From positions 19,530,001 to 19,594,000 of the forward strand of contig OZ241831.1 in assembly GCA_965202585.1 (NCBI GenBank): 64,000 nt of DNA, written 5' to 3'. Shown in pieces: positions 44,181 to 57,896 of this stretch. The notes below the pieces were generated by a model. The model saw only the letters and a program-made list of their open reading frames with translations. It ran no database searches and was not told where the DNA came from. This DNA comes from Thalia democratica. Lineage: Eukaryota. Positions within the stretch are counted from its first letter, which is position 1. Each line of letters begins with the position of its first letter. A program made the translations under genes and the position numbers.

Positions 44181-45539
44181 ATGGAAGCTACCACACCACG
44201 GTTTCTTGTGCAATTACAAGTGTTGTTGTCAGAAAATCCAGATTATGTAGGGTGGATGGAGAATGGAAAAACTTTTACAATAGTAGACCAAGAAGGATTT
44301 GCTAAAAATGTCCTGAGCCGTTATTTTAAACACAAACAAATGGCAAGTTTTGTCCGCCAACTCAACATGTACGGATTTAAAAAAGTGGTAGGTGTTCACA
44401 ACAATGATTTAGTTTCATTCTATCATCCTTTTTTCGAAAGAGATAACTACAAGTTAATGGAAAAAATAAAAAGAAAGACTCCTGTAAATGATAAAATTAG
44501 CAATGAAGTAGTTAACTCCTTAACACATCAAGTAAAAAATTTGCAACTATCAAACGCACAATTTGTAGAAGAAGTTCAGCATTATAGACAGGAGAATGAA
44601 GCTTTAAAAAAGCAAGTCAAAATCCATCAAGAAAAAATTAACCAACATGAAGCATACTTGCAAAAGATGCTAAACTTATTGGTTTATTTTAAAAATGTTT
44701 ACCCTAAATTGGTGAGAACAGAAGACTTGACCACTAATCAACCACTAATGATATCAAATAATGAAAGTCACCAGAATAAAGTGCTATCTTCAAAACTTGT
44801 TTCTCCTGGAAGTAGTGAAAAATTTCAAAATTTTTCATTAGGTTCTAGTTTGGTTTCTCCATTACAAATTGACAGAAGCTTTCATACTGATTTAGATAAT
44901 GTCAAAAATTCTTTGCAGCAAGACAGTAATGCATTGAATTCTTTGATTAGTTTTGACAGTTCTAGTTTAGAAAAAAATAATAACCTTCTTGCTCTATCTA
45001 CACAGCCACATAAGTTTGAGAATGGAATGTTAAATCCAACAAAACGAAAAAGACCTAAACTTACACCAGTTCGTTATTTAAAGCCAGACCCAAACAGAAA
45101 AGTTGACAGAATATTAACTTTTCCATCTACACAGACTGATTATGATGATGAAGAAAAACAAGAAAAAACCTATAAAGATGATCCATTTGTAGTTAGCTCT
45201 GTTAGTAGATTACCGAGTTTAGATTCTTTTAATGATGAGATTATTAACTCAGCTACAAATTTCAACGACAATACTGCTTACCTTGACGAGTTTAATTATA
45301 ATTCTATTAAAACTACCAATTCTGATCATCATAGTTTAGGTATGGATACTAATATATCATTGAGTAATACTGATGATGATAAGAATAAAATTATTGATTA
45401 TAATACAGAAAATTTCCCATTGAATGAATTTTCGCTAAATTTTAATGAAAATTATGGAGAGGATGCAATAAACTCGGCATTTGATCAGCTTATACAACCT
45501 TCTACTAGCTCTACTCAACCTTCGCATAACAGCAAATAA
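44181..45539 (+). CDS. HSF: Heat shock transcription factor (intronless, divergent), 452 aa
   Basis: DNA-binding domain signature FAKNVLSRYFKHKQMASFVRQLNMYGFKKV...F.HPFF.R...L...IKRK; HR-A/B heptads (aa ~113-170); HR-C-like LDNVKNSLQQDSNALNSL; NLS KRKRPK; acidic C-terminus; AATAAA just after the stop. Confidence 0.93.
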   Translation: MEATTPRFLVQLQVLLSENPDYVGWMENGKTFTIVDQEGFAKNVLSRYFKHKQMASFVRQLNMYGFKKVVGVHNNDLVSFYHPFFERDNYKLMEKIKRKTPVNDKISNEVVNSLTHQVKNLQLSNAQFVEEVQHYRQENEALKKQVKIHQEKINQHEAYLQKMLNLLVYFKNVYPKLVRTEDLTTNQPLMISNNESHQNKVLSSKLVSPGSSEKFQNFSLGSSLVSPLQIDRSFHTDLDNVKNSLQQDSNALNSLISFDSSSLEKNNNLLALSTQPHKFENGMLNPTKRKRPKLTPVRYLKPDPNRKVDRILTFPSTQTDYDDEEKQEKTYKDDPFVVSSVSRLPSLDSFNDEIINSATNFNDNTAYLDEFNYNSIKTTNSDHHSLGMDTNISLSNTDDDKNKIIDYNTENFPLNEFSLNFNENYGEDAINSAFDQLIQPSTSSTQPSHNSK

Positions 45540-48024
45540 GAATAAAGATTTTGAAAATTTGTTGTGTTTTTTTAAGCTACATCTAGTACTTTTCTTATAT
45601 ACACGGTGTTTAGATTAAAATCTATTAATTATGTGAGTATTTTATTGTTAACAACTACAAAATTTGTTTGGAAACCTTTTAAAAAGCATATTATTTACGT
45701 TTACAAATACATAAATTTCGAAAGTAAAGTATTTAAATGGTGCTTGTATTTTGACTTAAAACTTTATGTTTTTAGGTAATTTTGAAATTTATCTAAGCAT
45801 CTGAAATCCAAGAGTTGCTTTTTTTTGTGAAATGTCTTTTTAGTTTTTGAAATCCTGTTTTAAAGTGTGATTTTGATTTCAATTTTTCAAATATTCTAAT
45901 TTTATAAAAGATAAAAGGTTACTTTGTTTTTGTTAACATGGTAACCTCTGCTTCAAGTAAATGAAAAAAGACGCAGGCTCACTAAAGAAAGAGTATCTAC
46001 ATTTAAAAATAATTGTTCAACTTTTTATTTATTCTAGCTAAACTGCTTACTTTTATTACTCGAACATTGTTGAAATTTCTACAACCATCAACATCAAATA
46101 AAGTTTTATTAACCTCGAAATTGTGCTGTATTAAACTTTTGAGATTGCTATAACAACTTTAATAATTAATTACAACGTTTAATAGTTGTTTTTGATTGAT
46201 TAAAGTTTTTTTTAGCTTTTAATTTAATTATATGTTTTTGCTAATAGTAAATAATCAGATACCAAACAATTAGACTTCAAAATACATGTTGCTAACTTGT
46301 TAAGTATTAGTTAAAATAATAAAAGTTCTAATTCTTTATATTATTTTTCAATGTAATTTTAGATTACTTTTTTTTTTGTTTAAAATATTAAGTTTTTATT
46401 TATAATAAACACTTCTTCATTAAGTTGTGTTTAATTTCTACTTCTCCCTCCATCTAAAAATTTCTGTGCATCTAAGATACTAAATTTACAATTATTAACA
46501 AGAATTTACTCCTTTTTTTATTAATTTAAGTTGAAATTATTTTAAGTTTAGAAAAGAAATGTATTTATAGATTTTATGCAGAAGAGGACTTTACAATTTT
46601 TGTCATCAACATGAAGCATATAGTAAAAAAGCAATCAATAAATTGTCCAATTAATTAAATTTGAAAAATATATCTAACTGTTTGATGTTATTTAAACGTA
46701 TAAAAGTTTATATGTGTTAAGTTGTTTTCTTGAATTCAAACTGACACCTTTGTTTTCAACTGGAATGGAGAAAGTTTACAAATATTGTGAAAAATCATAA
46801 TAACTTTAAGAAGAAAGCTTAGTAAACATCTATTTATTTTAATTAAAACTGCAGCTCTAACAACTTTTTTGATGTGTAAGTAGCTCAACTACCAAGTTCT
46901 AAGTTAAAAGCAAAATAGAAAAAAAAAGCAAAAACAGTTGGTCCAAGACTACCTTTTGTTATGTTTTTATTTACTAATTCTAAGTATAAAAACATTTTTT
47001 GCCTTGATTTTTTGCTTGAACGCATTTCAACGACAAGCTCTGCTGCACTTAAGACTTAGTTATTTTAAAGTATATTTTGCTACATCTATGATATTTATCT
47101 TACTCTCATTCAATTTTCTGCAGATACCTTTATAGCGTTAATGGTTCCCTTCAAACTTATTCCACTACAAATAGAAAGCAAACCTATGTGGTGAGATGTA
47201 AAAAACATAAATAATTTGGTACCAATATTATTTTGTTAAAATATTTAGGTACCACTTGTTCCTGGTGATAATTTTTCACATTTTGAAAAATCATTTATAT
47301 ATAACTTCCTGCAAACCAATAGACCCACTTACAAATCATAATTTTCTATAAGCCTATTTTTAAAATTTTATCATTGGAAGAATTATGCTAAGATCTATAA
47401 CATAAATTTTGTTTCAAATATTTTTATGTCTTTGCCTTTTTCAGCTTTAAGGCTTGGTTTTAAATGACCTTCTACTCTTGTTGAGTGGTAAACTGCATTT
47501 GATTTCTACACAAGCTGGGTGTGCAAAAACTTAAGATGCTAAAAATCATCTAATCAATTATAAATCATCACAGTTGATCTACAAAATATCTATTAAAAAA
47601 ATTAACTTATTATCCAAAAAATAAGCATTTTCACAAAGTCTAATGTTTATTGCTCCTGTGTATACACTTCTGCTATACGGTAGCGGGTAGGTGTCAAATA
47701 TGCACGAAGACACTTTTGCATGGTTTGAATTTTTTTTATTAAATTTGTATTCTACCTTTAATTTTTTTCTGATTTACTTATACTATCGCTGTTACCCCTA
47801 ATCTTTACCCTCGGTTGATTACTTTTTTTATTTTTTTAATTAGTTTGTTCTATTTATTTTCTTTATCAATTTTATTTTGCTATCACTGTTACCGCTTACC
47901 CTTGGTCGTAATTATTTTTTTTCTTCTCTATTTTTCTTGTTTTATTTTCCTTTTATTTATTTTTTTACTCCCGTGCAAAAATGTCCCTTTGTGCAAAAAA
48001 TTTATTCGTGCATAGTTGACCCGT

Positions 48025-48480
48025 TCCCATGGTAGCGAAACATAGACGTTGTCTAGGGTACTGGAGAAGAAAATCAACACCTTCCACTTACGGTGCTTAT
48101 GCCGAATCTTTAGAATTGCATGGCAACAAAAGATCACCAACAAGGAAGTTTTCAGACGTACTAGTCTTATTACCATGTACTCTACCCTCCGTCAGCGCAG
48201 GTTTCGGTCATATTCTATGGATTGGTGAAGAGCGAATCCCAAAGTTTCTGTTGTATGGCGAGTTGGTCGTTGACAAACACAACCGAGGTTGCCCAGAACT
48301 GCCTTTTTAGGACGTATGCAAGCGCAACATAAAAAGCTTTAACATAAGAACTGATGAGTAGGAGTTGCTTGCAAATGACCACGCCAATTGGCGATCTACT
48401 GTTCACAAAAGACTGAAAAAAAAAGAAAAATTATACTTAAAGAAATCGAGGCAGACAAAGAAATTATAAGCAAAATAAAC
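48025..48480 (+). mobile_element. 5'-truncated RTE-clade LINE 3' end (decayed)
   Basis: GSET*TL...KINTFHLRCLCRIFRIAWQQKITNKEVF...LRQRR / FGHI...RIPKFLLYGEL...RGCP...DVCKR...W, the typical RTE post-RT C-terminus. Confidence 0.85.
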
Positions 48481-49947
48481 TTTATTATACACGTATTTTT
48501 TTTAATTACTATTAGTTCTTATTATTTGTTTGTATCATTAGTTGCATTACTGTGATTGTAATATATAACTATTTTTATTCTTCTATGCTTAACACGCATA
48601 GCCGGTTTCGGCTGGTAGCGGGCCTACTATAACTAGCGGACTTGTTATATGTCGTTTGTTAACATAGTTCATCACTTTTTTTTGTTAGTTGTAGAAAACA
48701 AATTGTATAAAAAGTAGTTGTTTTTTGTTGTTAAATTTACTACTTTAAAACAATTTTTCACAGCTTGCTATTTTTTTAAATTAACGTGTGATACGGCTTT
48801 GCGACGTTTAATTATTAACAACTCTTTGAAGTCGAATATAAAAATGTATATAGAAAATCGACTATAAATTCACAGACAATGGTTTTGAATTTTTTTTAAA
48901 TATTAATAGAAGTTTGACAAAAACGCATATCAATTGTTTTGTGTGAATGTGTAATAATTCGTGCAAGTTTTATAAAACTACAGCATGAATAAATTTACAT
49001 ATCATCATGCTTAATGTTAATCACAACTTAATAATTTTAATTCTAAAGCTATTACATGGTTTAGTAAACTTAATTGCTTTACACCATTCAGTTTTATATT
49101 ACTCAGTGGATAAATTGTTACATAAGTGTTTATTAACAACCTTTACTTACCTACAATATGATTCTTAACAAACTTTTATAATAATTTTACTCATAATAGC
49201 TTTAAGCTTGTTTATTATTATTTTTTATTTAGTTAAGACTCTTAATATAGTTTGTAATCTTAAGGTAAGCCTTAATGTCTCCATAAATGTTTATTTTAAT
49301 CGTATAAAAAAATATCATTGATTAACCGAGTGAAACATTGTTTTATTAACAAACTTGTGAACTAATAAAGTTGCAACTCAATTGTTTTGACAAATTTGTC
49401 TACATAGATTTATTACTTCAATTGTTAACTCATAACTATAAATTTTGTTAATAATCAATTATAATCTGTAACTTAAGTAGGTATTTTTAAACACTCTCTG
49501 TAGCCTGAAAGAAAATGCTTAAGTAGTATAACTTATCCATTAGCTTCTATTAATAGTAGTTGACTAATTAGTCGAGTTTTAATAAGTTTATTTTATATTT
49601 TAACAGTACTTAAATCGATTAACAGTTGAGCAAAAAAAATAGATTTGAGAAAAATTTAATCTAAATTAAAGATAAACATTGGAGACAATTGAAACAAATA
49701 TGCCTGTTTCTCATCAAAATTACTTAAAATAAACAAAAATAAACTATGTATAAGAAATTTTAGTTTTAAGTAACATAAAAGAATATAATAAGCCAAAAGT
49801 AATTACTAAAATTATTAAAACTATATGTTTTATACTACAACAAAGTAATAATAAAAAAAAAAATTGAGTAAAATATCTTCAACGAAGAAAAAATAAAGTT
49901 ACATGATTTTAAAAAAACTAGATAATATAATCAATCTTTGTTTAAAT

Positions 49948-50152
49948 CAGGGTTTCCTAACCTTTTTTTTTATAAGGCCCACTTCAAAGCAGTAAGAAAA
50001 GCTATGGCCCCCTCAGAAAACTATAAACTTATTTATAGGCATACAGTAAGTTTCAAACTATGGCCCCCTGTGGCCCCTTCTCACAGCCCTCCCCCTCCCT
50101 TTGGCTCCTTGTATGCCTATGGGGGCCATATGGCTCACTTTGGGGAACCCTG
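49948..50152. mobile_element. hAT MITE
   Basis: CAGGGTTTCCTAA / TTGGGGAACCCTG; exact TSD GTTTAAAT. Confidence 0.88.
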
Positions 50153-51440
50153 GTTTAAATCGTTAGAATTAAGTTTAAATTATAATTTGTTGTGCCCAAA
50201 AAAGCATTTAGACTTTGACAACCTAATTGTTTTGGCAAATTTTTAAAAACTAGTTTATTTTTCTTATAAATGAGTTCATATTCTCTAAAATGTATTCAAG
50301 TACATATTAATTCATTTGATCTTGTGTAGATGTAAAATCATTTTAATGTAATAAATATAATTTTAAAAGTTTACAAACAAAATTTTCAAAGGTTCTTTAG
50401 ATTTTTATCAACTTATAAATATTGATAGTATTTTAAATAATTAAACTTTACGACTTAGTTTTATATAAGACATTAGATTTTGAATGTTCAAAAAAAAAGG
50501 GTCCAATTAATACTCTTTTGAGTTTTTTTTTTGTTTTTATAACTTAAATCTTAAATAAAACTTTATTGTTTGATATAAATGTTGAACAAGGTTTGAGTAA
50601 ATTAAAATGTTAACTGTATACATTAAGATACCGCTAAGGTACGCACTTCGAGCACAGCGCAAAAGTGCGTACCTGAAAAACTTTGGCCTTAAAATAGCTA
50701 CATTAAATCTAATCATGTTTATTTTCATTAATATCATCTTTTGTATGTATTTTACATTTATTTTTCTAACTTATCTAAGAAATGTAAGCTTATTAAATAA
50801 AATTTACTAATATTCCAAGTATAATTAAAAACATAGTGGTAATCAATACTTTTAAAATGAAATTACAATACTGAGTAAAGACTGTTGTTAATTATAATGT
50901 GATTTTTAGTATACAACTAAAACATACAAAATAATATCATCATTGCAAACAGTTTACAGATCTTCTTAAAAATTAACAATTTTGAGCTATAAAACTAACT
51001 GTTTTTCTTGTATTTTCTTTTTAAAATAACACTTTTTTTCATTTAAAATTTAGGAACAAATCAAACGTGAGAACGAGTTTTTCATTAACTAATCTGAATG
51101 AAAGATACTTTGAGCGTGCTAATTTTGATTGTTTTAACTTTCTGCTAGCCTAGTTTAAAACTTCGTTAAACATGTATTAATAATTTACTAATAAAAACTT
51201 TGTAGTTGTTTTATTTCTAATAATTCAAAAAGTTGAATACATAGTTTATAACTTAAACAATGCAACAAACTTTCTGCAAAACTACTGAGAGTAAAACAGA
51301 ATAATGTTTTGATAGGTGCAACTTTGAAACTATCAAATTACTTGCGTGCTATTTTGAACTCAACTTTATTTTTGCAGTTGTGTAGAATGCTTTTTTATAG
51401 TTTATTAAACAAAAAAAAACGCTCAAAATGTTTGGTTTTA

Positions 51441-53163
51441 GGACCTGGTGCACAAAAACCTTTCGGTTATCGCACACCACGGATACCTTTAAACGTCTTG
51501 TCTAGGACAAGACTTTAATATTATAATAGGCTTTCAATATTTTAGCTTGTATATTCTTAGCTTGTATTTTTTTTGAGGCTTCAACTAGTTTACAGCATTC
51601 AAGTGAAAGTAATTAGAAAAAAAAAGTTTATACTATAAAAAAAAAGTTTTTGTAGGCCGCAGTTTTTCTTTAAAAAAACTAAAAAGTAAAAAAAATATAC
51701 TATTTTAACCAAAAATGTGATAAAATAAGAAATAAAAGAATACGAGTAATGAGTAATTAAAATAATTGTTTATATACTTAATAAAGTTTCAAATATTTCT
51801 TGTTCAAACTATGTTTTATTAATTTACACTTTAGTTTAAACAAAGAAGATATAGCAAAGTAGCAAGGTTTTATTTTAACAACAAGCGGTTTTTTTTCAAA
51901 GTTTTTCAAGTAAAAAACTTTGTTGAGTTTTTTGGGTCGAAGGTTTTGCAAAAAAATGATTACAAACAGTTTTTAAACACATTAGGTGTAAGATCTGTAA
52001 TTCCACAAAAAAACAATAAGAACTAAACAAATCTGTGAGTCTATATTGTTTTAACTAAAACAAATTTTAATTAAACTTGTGTATTACGCTAAAAACTAAA
52101 TTAACAAACTTGTTTATTGATTATCACAGGATAAATGATAAGTCTCCTCAAAAAATACTTACATCAAACTATGCATGCAACTCTTTGGCAAGAACATATT
52201 ACTGAAAAAAAAAACAAATGTATAAATTTTCACAGGATAGTAACTAAGTGTTTTAAATTAATAATTAATTGTTTTAAATTATCGAGGCTAAGTCTGGTTT
52301 TTAGCCCTTATAACTTACTTGGTCATTGGATAGGAGTTAAGAACTATAAAATTTTGTGTTTGATTTGTAAAATCTATGATTAGTTTTTTAGTTATTAAAA
52401 TATCAAGTAGTTCGCTGATGTGACTTAAGTTTTTTTTTGTAATGCAACTATTTTGCATATAAAAATGATTAAAAAAACAATTTTACAAACTATTTTTTTT
52501 TTTTCAAATCATTTAATAAGTAAGCTATTGAAGTAACATTAGCAAATAATTATTAACTGTTTAAATTGATTATTTTCTATCCATTTTTTCACGTCATAAG
52601 TTTCCACCTAAATTTTTAAACTCTTCACTTTGTGAACAATCTTATTTATTTTTATTCACCTTATAAAGACATAAATTTGTATATGTTTAAAAAATCGGGC
52701 AAAATAGAAATTGAAAATAATTGAGAAATTAAAGCAATTTTTTTTTGCAAATCGTTTATTGTATAAACAGAAATTTCCAACAATAGCAACTGTGATCATA
52801 TAGTTTCGATGATCAGATAACAAGCTTTTGGTAAACTGAGACCCGGGTTTCGTTTTTATTGAAACTAGTTAGTCAGTCGCAACCGGAAAACAGCATATGT
52901 AAGGCTTTGTCAAAGAATAGGCTTTATAAGACTTTCACTAATATTTTCATTAATATTTTTTTATGTAATAAGATTGTTTTAATCAAATGCTAGTTTTTTT
53001 TTATGAAATTAGTTCATAAAAACTTTAGATGACTTGATTTAGTTAGTTAAAGGTTTGTTGAAGTATATTCTTACACCCATTTCAATAGATCAGTTGTAAA
53101 TTAAGTTGTGTACGTACTACGTACGAATCGATAACCGAAAGGTTTTTTCGTACACAAGGTACC
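51441..53163. mobile_element. PIF/Harbinger-like non-autonomous element
   Basis: TIRs GGACCTGGTGCACAAAAACCTTTCGGTTATCG / CGATAACCGAAAGGTTTTTTCGTACACAAGGTACC; 3-bp TSD TTA on both sides; another left end at 19581. Confidence 0.65.
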
Positions 53164-54057
53164 TTAAGCCAAACTTTTTGAGCGAATTTTTATCGCTTAA
53201 TAATCGATGCTTAAAAAAAACTATAATCTCACTGGATTACAGAAAGTACTGTTTCATAACAATAAAAAATGCTTGTTTTGTCAAAACTAGCATCAAAGTA
53301 AGCAGTAACTTCGATTTTTAATTTTTTTTCAATTTTAAGACACAAATGTTTTAGGTAATTTAAATTTATTTTATATGTAATAAATGTTTTACGGATGATA
53401 AACTTAAACTTTTTAGCCAAAGTTTTTTTTTTAGTTGTAATTTTTATCTTTAAAATAAATTTCTTAAAACAAAACTTTACTAAATTAAAACTTTAGTGTA
53501 ACATCTTGTTTAGTGTATAAACTAATTTAATGTTCAACTTATCAACTGTTCAATCTTGAACAGTTTTTTTTTATTTCGAATTTTTATAAAAGGGTTCTCT
53601 GGCAAAATATATTATCGAATATTTGGCTGAGCTAAATTGGCTCTTACTAGACTAAATGCTGCTTTGCATAGTGCACTATTTAATTTACATATATTACCAT
53701 AATTGAATTTTGTTTTGATTTATCTATGCTTTCCTCAATAAAAACGAGCTGTCAAATTTTTTTAATCACAATAAGTATTTTAACAGCTTATGCTTATAAA
53801 CTTTGTGATAAAGTATGTTTGAAAATGTGTAAATGTGCCATATGGACAATGTATTAAACTGTACACGACAAAAAACAGTGCTGACGTCATATTTTTGTTA
53901 TTTACTTATTTTTAATACTTCACAGTATAACACTTACTTATAAATTGAATATAACTTTCAACTAAAATTTCAGATTGATATTGGTTAAGTATCATTCTCA
54001 GTAATTACCAAACTGCAAATTAAAACCTAGCGGTTGACACATATACAAAAAATATTT

Positions 54058-54470
54058 AGCTATGGTTAACTTTAGATGAGCACCAATATCAAACTGAAAA
54101 TATAATACATTTAATGTCTTATTTATCCATAATTTTAAGCTAAAAAAACAACACTTTGTTTTTATCAAGATATATAAACACATAGGAAGAACTTAATTAA
54201 TGTATTATAAACTAAAATATTTAATCAATATTATTTTACAATATCATTAAATATAAAATATAAATAAAATTAATGTATTGATATTATCACTTTATATTGT
54301 AAAGTAAGAGCAATTAAACATTTAAGTTAAAATTTTATGATATATAAGTTTAACTTTATTCATGTATTTATAAAAGATAATTATTTAGCCTAAAATTATG
54401 ATTAAATAAGATATCAAATGTATTATAATTTAAGCTTGATATTGGTACTCACCTAAAGTTAACCATAACC
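54058..54470. mobile_element. Merlin-like MITE, subfamily B
   Basis: Homologous to 4157-4561; long TIRs; exact 8-bp TSD AAATATTT. Confidence 0.78.
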
Positions 54471-56215
54471 AAATATTTCATTGTATCTTATTAGAATTTA
54501 AAACAATTTTGTGTATGTAAGTGATAATGTGAAACACTTACATATGACTTATAGTAATACTACTATAATATTAGTGATAGTAAACATCACCATAACAGTT
54601 AAAAAAATAATAAAAACTAAACACAATATTTAAAACTCTTGTGTGTAGCTATTTTTTCTTATTTCTAACTTTTTATTATTTTTTATTATTTGAAATTTGA
54701 GCACCTTTCTCAACTTGCATTTTTTCAACTGAAAGCGCATTGTATTAGTGACTAAAACTAAAAACAGACTGCGGGTAGCCTTTAATAGCCGATCAATACC
54801 AGCAAATGGTGACTTCATGTGAAAGCATCATAAACCGATTGTAAACTGAAGATTGCAAGTTTTATGGCTGTGACTTTACGTCCTAATAGGGATAAAACTG
54901 GTCTCAGTCTACCGAAAGCTTGTGGTCTGATGATCAAATTGCTATAATCAACCCTTTTTTCAGACTTTATCTTGTCTCACGGCATACGAAAGTCCAGGCT
55001 TCTGCTCTGCAGACTTTGGCCATATTTTTGTTGATATTTTTGAATACTGAACAATTTTGATATTAGTCATTATGTTGCATAGACTTTAAAAATATAAATG
55101 AACTAAGCATGTCATTTATTATGATAGGTATTAGGCACCTTACAAGTTTTGTATACTTATTTTAAGATTAACAATCAAAGATCCAAGTTGCATCCAAGAA
55201 AAAATAATTACAACCAAAAAAAAATCAGGATATTTCTGGTCACTCTGGTTGTATTTTTTGTCTCAAAAAGTGGTAACCTTGTAGACTGAGAAAATTAAAA
55301 AAATATTGTTATTGAATTGTATGATAGGGGTGGTAACCTTATGAACTGAGAAAATTTAAAAATAATGTTTTTACATTGTATGACAAGCTATAAGTTTTAA
55401 TTATCCTTTATTAAGGCACTTATAAAACTCTGAAACTTTAATTTTTCTACCTCAAATATTAATTTTAGTTTTAGAAAGTCATAAAAACCAACTAGGAACT
55501 TTATTAAAAACTTCTGTTAGAAGATGATTACAAAAAATGTTAGTTATTATTACTTTAAGGATTAGCCTCTTTTTGGATAAAATTTTTCTAGATCAACTTA
55601 TATTAATTTTTGTATTTTATACATCTTTGTTTTTAGATTTCTTTTATTACTATTTCTTTTATTATTATTTTAAAATCTTTACCCTTATCCTAAACCCACC
55701 TTAACTAAAATTATAACAAACAAAACCAAAATCAAAGTTTAAAAAAATTATTATAGATAAAAATAAATTGAGCTATAAAAAGTTGGTTCAAAAAATTGCT
55801 AATAACTACAAAGAGCAGCAGTTGTTCATAAAAATTTTGAATTTTTTACAGAAACTTTATAGCTTATACTATTTTTCTTCTATAAAGAATTTGATTATGT
55901 TTTTATTAATAGTTTATTTTTACCTGCTACTATCAGTATAATTTCAAATTTTATTTTTAAAACAATTATTTTTTTATGATAGAAAATATCAGTCTTACTA
56001 TTTCCTCTACAACAAAACATTTTTTGAAGATCAAGCAACTAAGAGTTATTGCATGTATTTCTACCTGCCCCTTTAAAATTAAAATTAAATCAACCAAAAA
56101 AAACTATCTGTTTTGACCTAAAAAAAACCCCTGGTGATACATCATTTGACAAATACTCACTAGATTAAAATCTCAATACTAAAAACAACAAAGTGTAGGA
56201 AAATTATGAAGTTTA

Positions 56216-57864
56216 CAGGGTTGCTACTCTTTGAGCCGAAAAATCTTCCCTGAGTGACCAAAAATTTCCCTGAGTAACCTTAAAATTCCCTGAGTTTCCC
56301 TGAGTATTTTTCAAATCTTAAATTTTTTTTTTCGCTTCTAACACAAATTATTAATACCTCATTCTCATTTTTCTTCTTTAATAATAAAAGGAAGGTTGTA
56401 TGTGTATGCTTCTGCATTAAATTTATGAAAAAAACTGTTTTCAAAAACTCAATCTTAAAAGGTTTAAACCAATTAAAAATTAAAAACTAAATTTTTGCAC
56501 AACTTTTTGTATACTTGTTAGTTAACTTTCTACATAAAAGAATAAAGTTTAATTTGTTTGACATTTTAATTGACAAAATTTAATTATACTATGATAATAA
56601 TTTCACATGAAGAACTCACTTAAATGCATACATAATAACTTCATTATTACTTGTCTGTCTTTCCTAGCAACTGTTCTGAATGCAGTAAAAAAACTCAAAA
56701 GCTTAATATTATTGTAAAAAAACCTGCAAAAAGAAAGTTTAAAGAAATAGCTAAAGAAATATCTCATATCAAAGTACAACTTAATAACTAACAACTGATA
56801 CAAAATAATCTAAAATTAAATTTTTTTTATGTCTTTTAGATGTTCATACACAATCTATTTCAAATAACTGAAAACATAATTTTGATTTTAAAACAATTTC
56901 ACATTACCTAATAAAAAAATCTTAATACTGTTTTTTTAAGTATGCAATTTCTAAATCGATAGTTTTAATTTTATTTTCAAGTTTATTTGCGTTGTCCTTA
57001 GCAGCTATTCCTCTTGCTAATAATTCTTTCATTGCTTCTAAATCAGACTGTTTGTTGGCATCTGCAGTATATTTGTCATAGTCTTCATTCAAACATTTGA
57101 GTTGCTTTGTAAGTTTACTTTTTTGTTCTCCTAACTTGCTCAAAGCATCACCTTTATTTGGAACATTTTTAGCAAATCGCTGTTGCTAAAGATATGCCAA
57201 ATATTGGGCCCTAGAAGATTTTACAAATTTTAACAATTCAGAATTTAGTTCCACTGTGCTTGGTTCTAGACTGTTTGCATATAGATGATCTTTGACCATT
57301 CTTCGGGACCTTATTGTCATCTCTCCCATATTAGTTGATATTACTTCCTTATTTAAGCTAAAGCCCCGTTCAACACTTGCCTGGCCATTGTGAAGCACAA
57401 AAACAGCCTCAAAGACTCTTGTTAAATCTTTATACTTGCTTGGGATATCGAGTGTGTCAAAATAAAAGGTGTCTAAACTGTGACTTTTTTCAAGAAAATT
57501 TTCAAAAAGTATAATTTAAGTAAATATAAATTTAAAACTTAAAAAAACTACAATGTTAATACTAAGAATATTGAAGAACTAGCCGCAAGGCTAAAAAAAT
57601 TCTAAATAACCACTTAAATAATAAAAATTACTACTTTTGAACAAAATATTGAAACTGGATTAACTAAATCTCATTCTAGATCTAGAAAAAAAATTCCCTG
57701 AGAATTTCAAAAACTTCCCTGAAATTTAGAGAAAAAATCAAAACTTCCCTGAGTTTCCCTGAGTTAAAAGAAAAATGCCAAAATTCCCTGAGTTTCCCTG
57801 AGATTTTCTACAGTTTGAAAATTCCCTGAGATTCCCTGAGTTCCCTGAGTGTGTGGCAACCCTG
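56216..57864 (-). mobile_element. Internally deleted hAT-like DNA transposon, 6-bp TSD
   Basis: TIRs CAGGGTTGC(T/C)A; TSD AGTTTA on both sides; TTCCCTGAG subterminal arrays; contains a transposase relic. Confidence 0.85.
56922..57500 (-). pseudogene. C-terminal transposase fragment (hAT dimerisation-like motif)
   Basis: Track ORFs 57186-57398 and 56922-57143 share a frame, separated by one TAG: ...KYKDLTRVFEAVFVLHNGQASVERGFSLNKEVISTNMGEMTIRSRRMVKDHL... then a coiled-coil tail. Confidence 0.7.
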
Positions 57865-57896
57865 AGTTTAAATCCCAAGTATTTGAGGACGATGGA

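Noticed and set aside
48029-48310. 93-aa ORF as a host gene
   Set aside because: Frameshifted RTE LINE sequence.
49310-49350. CGAGTGAAACATTGTT half-hammerhead
   Set aside because: No upstream CUGANGA box or stem II partner; at most a relic.
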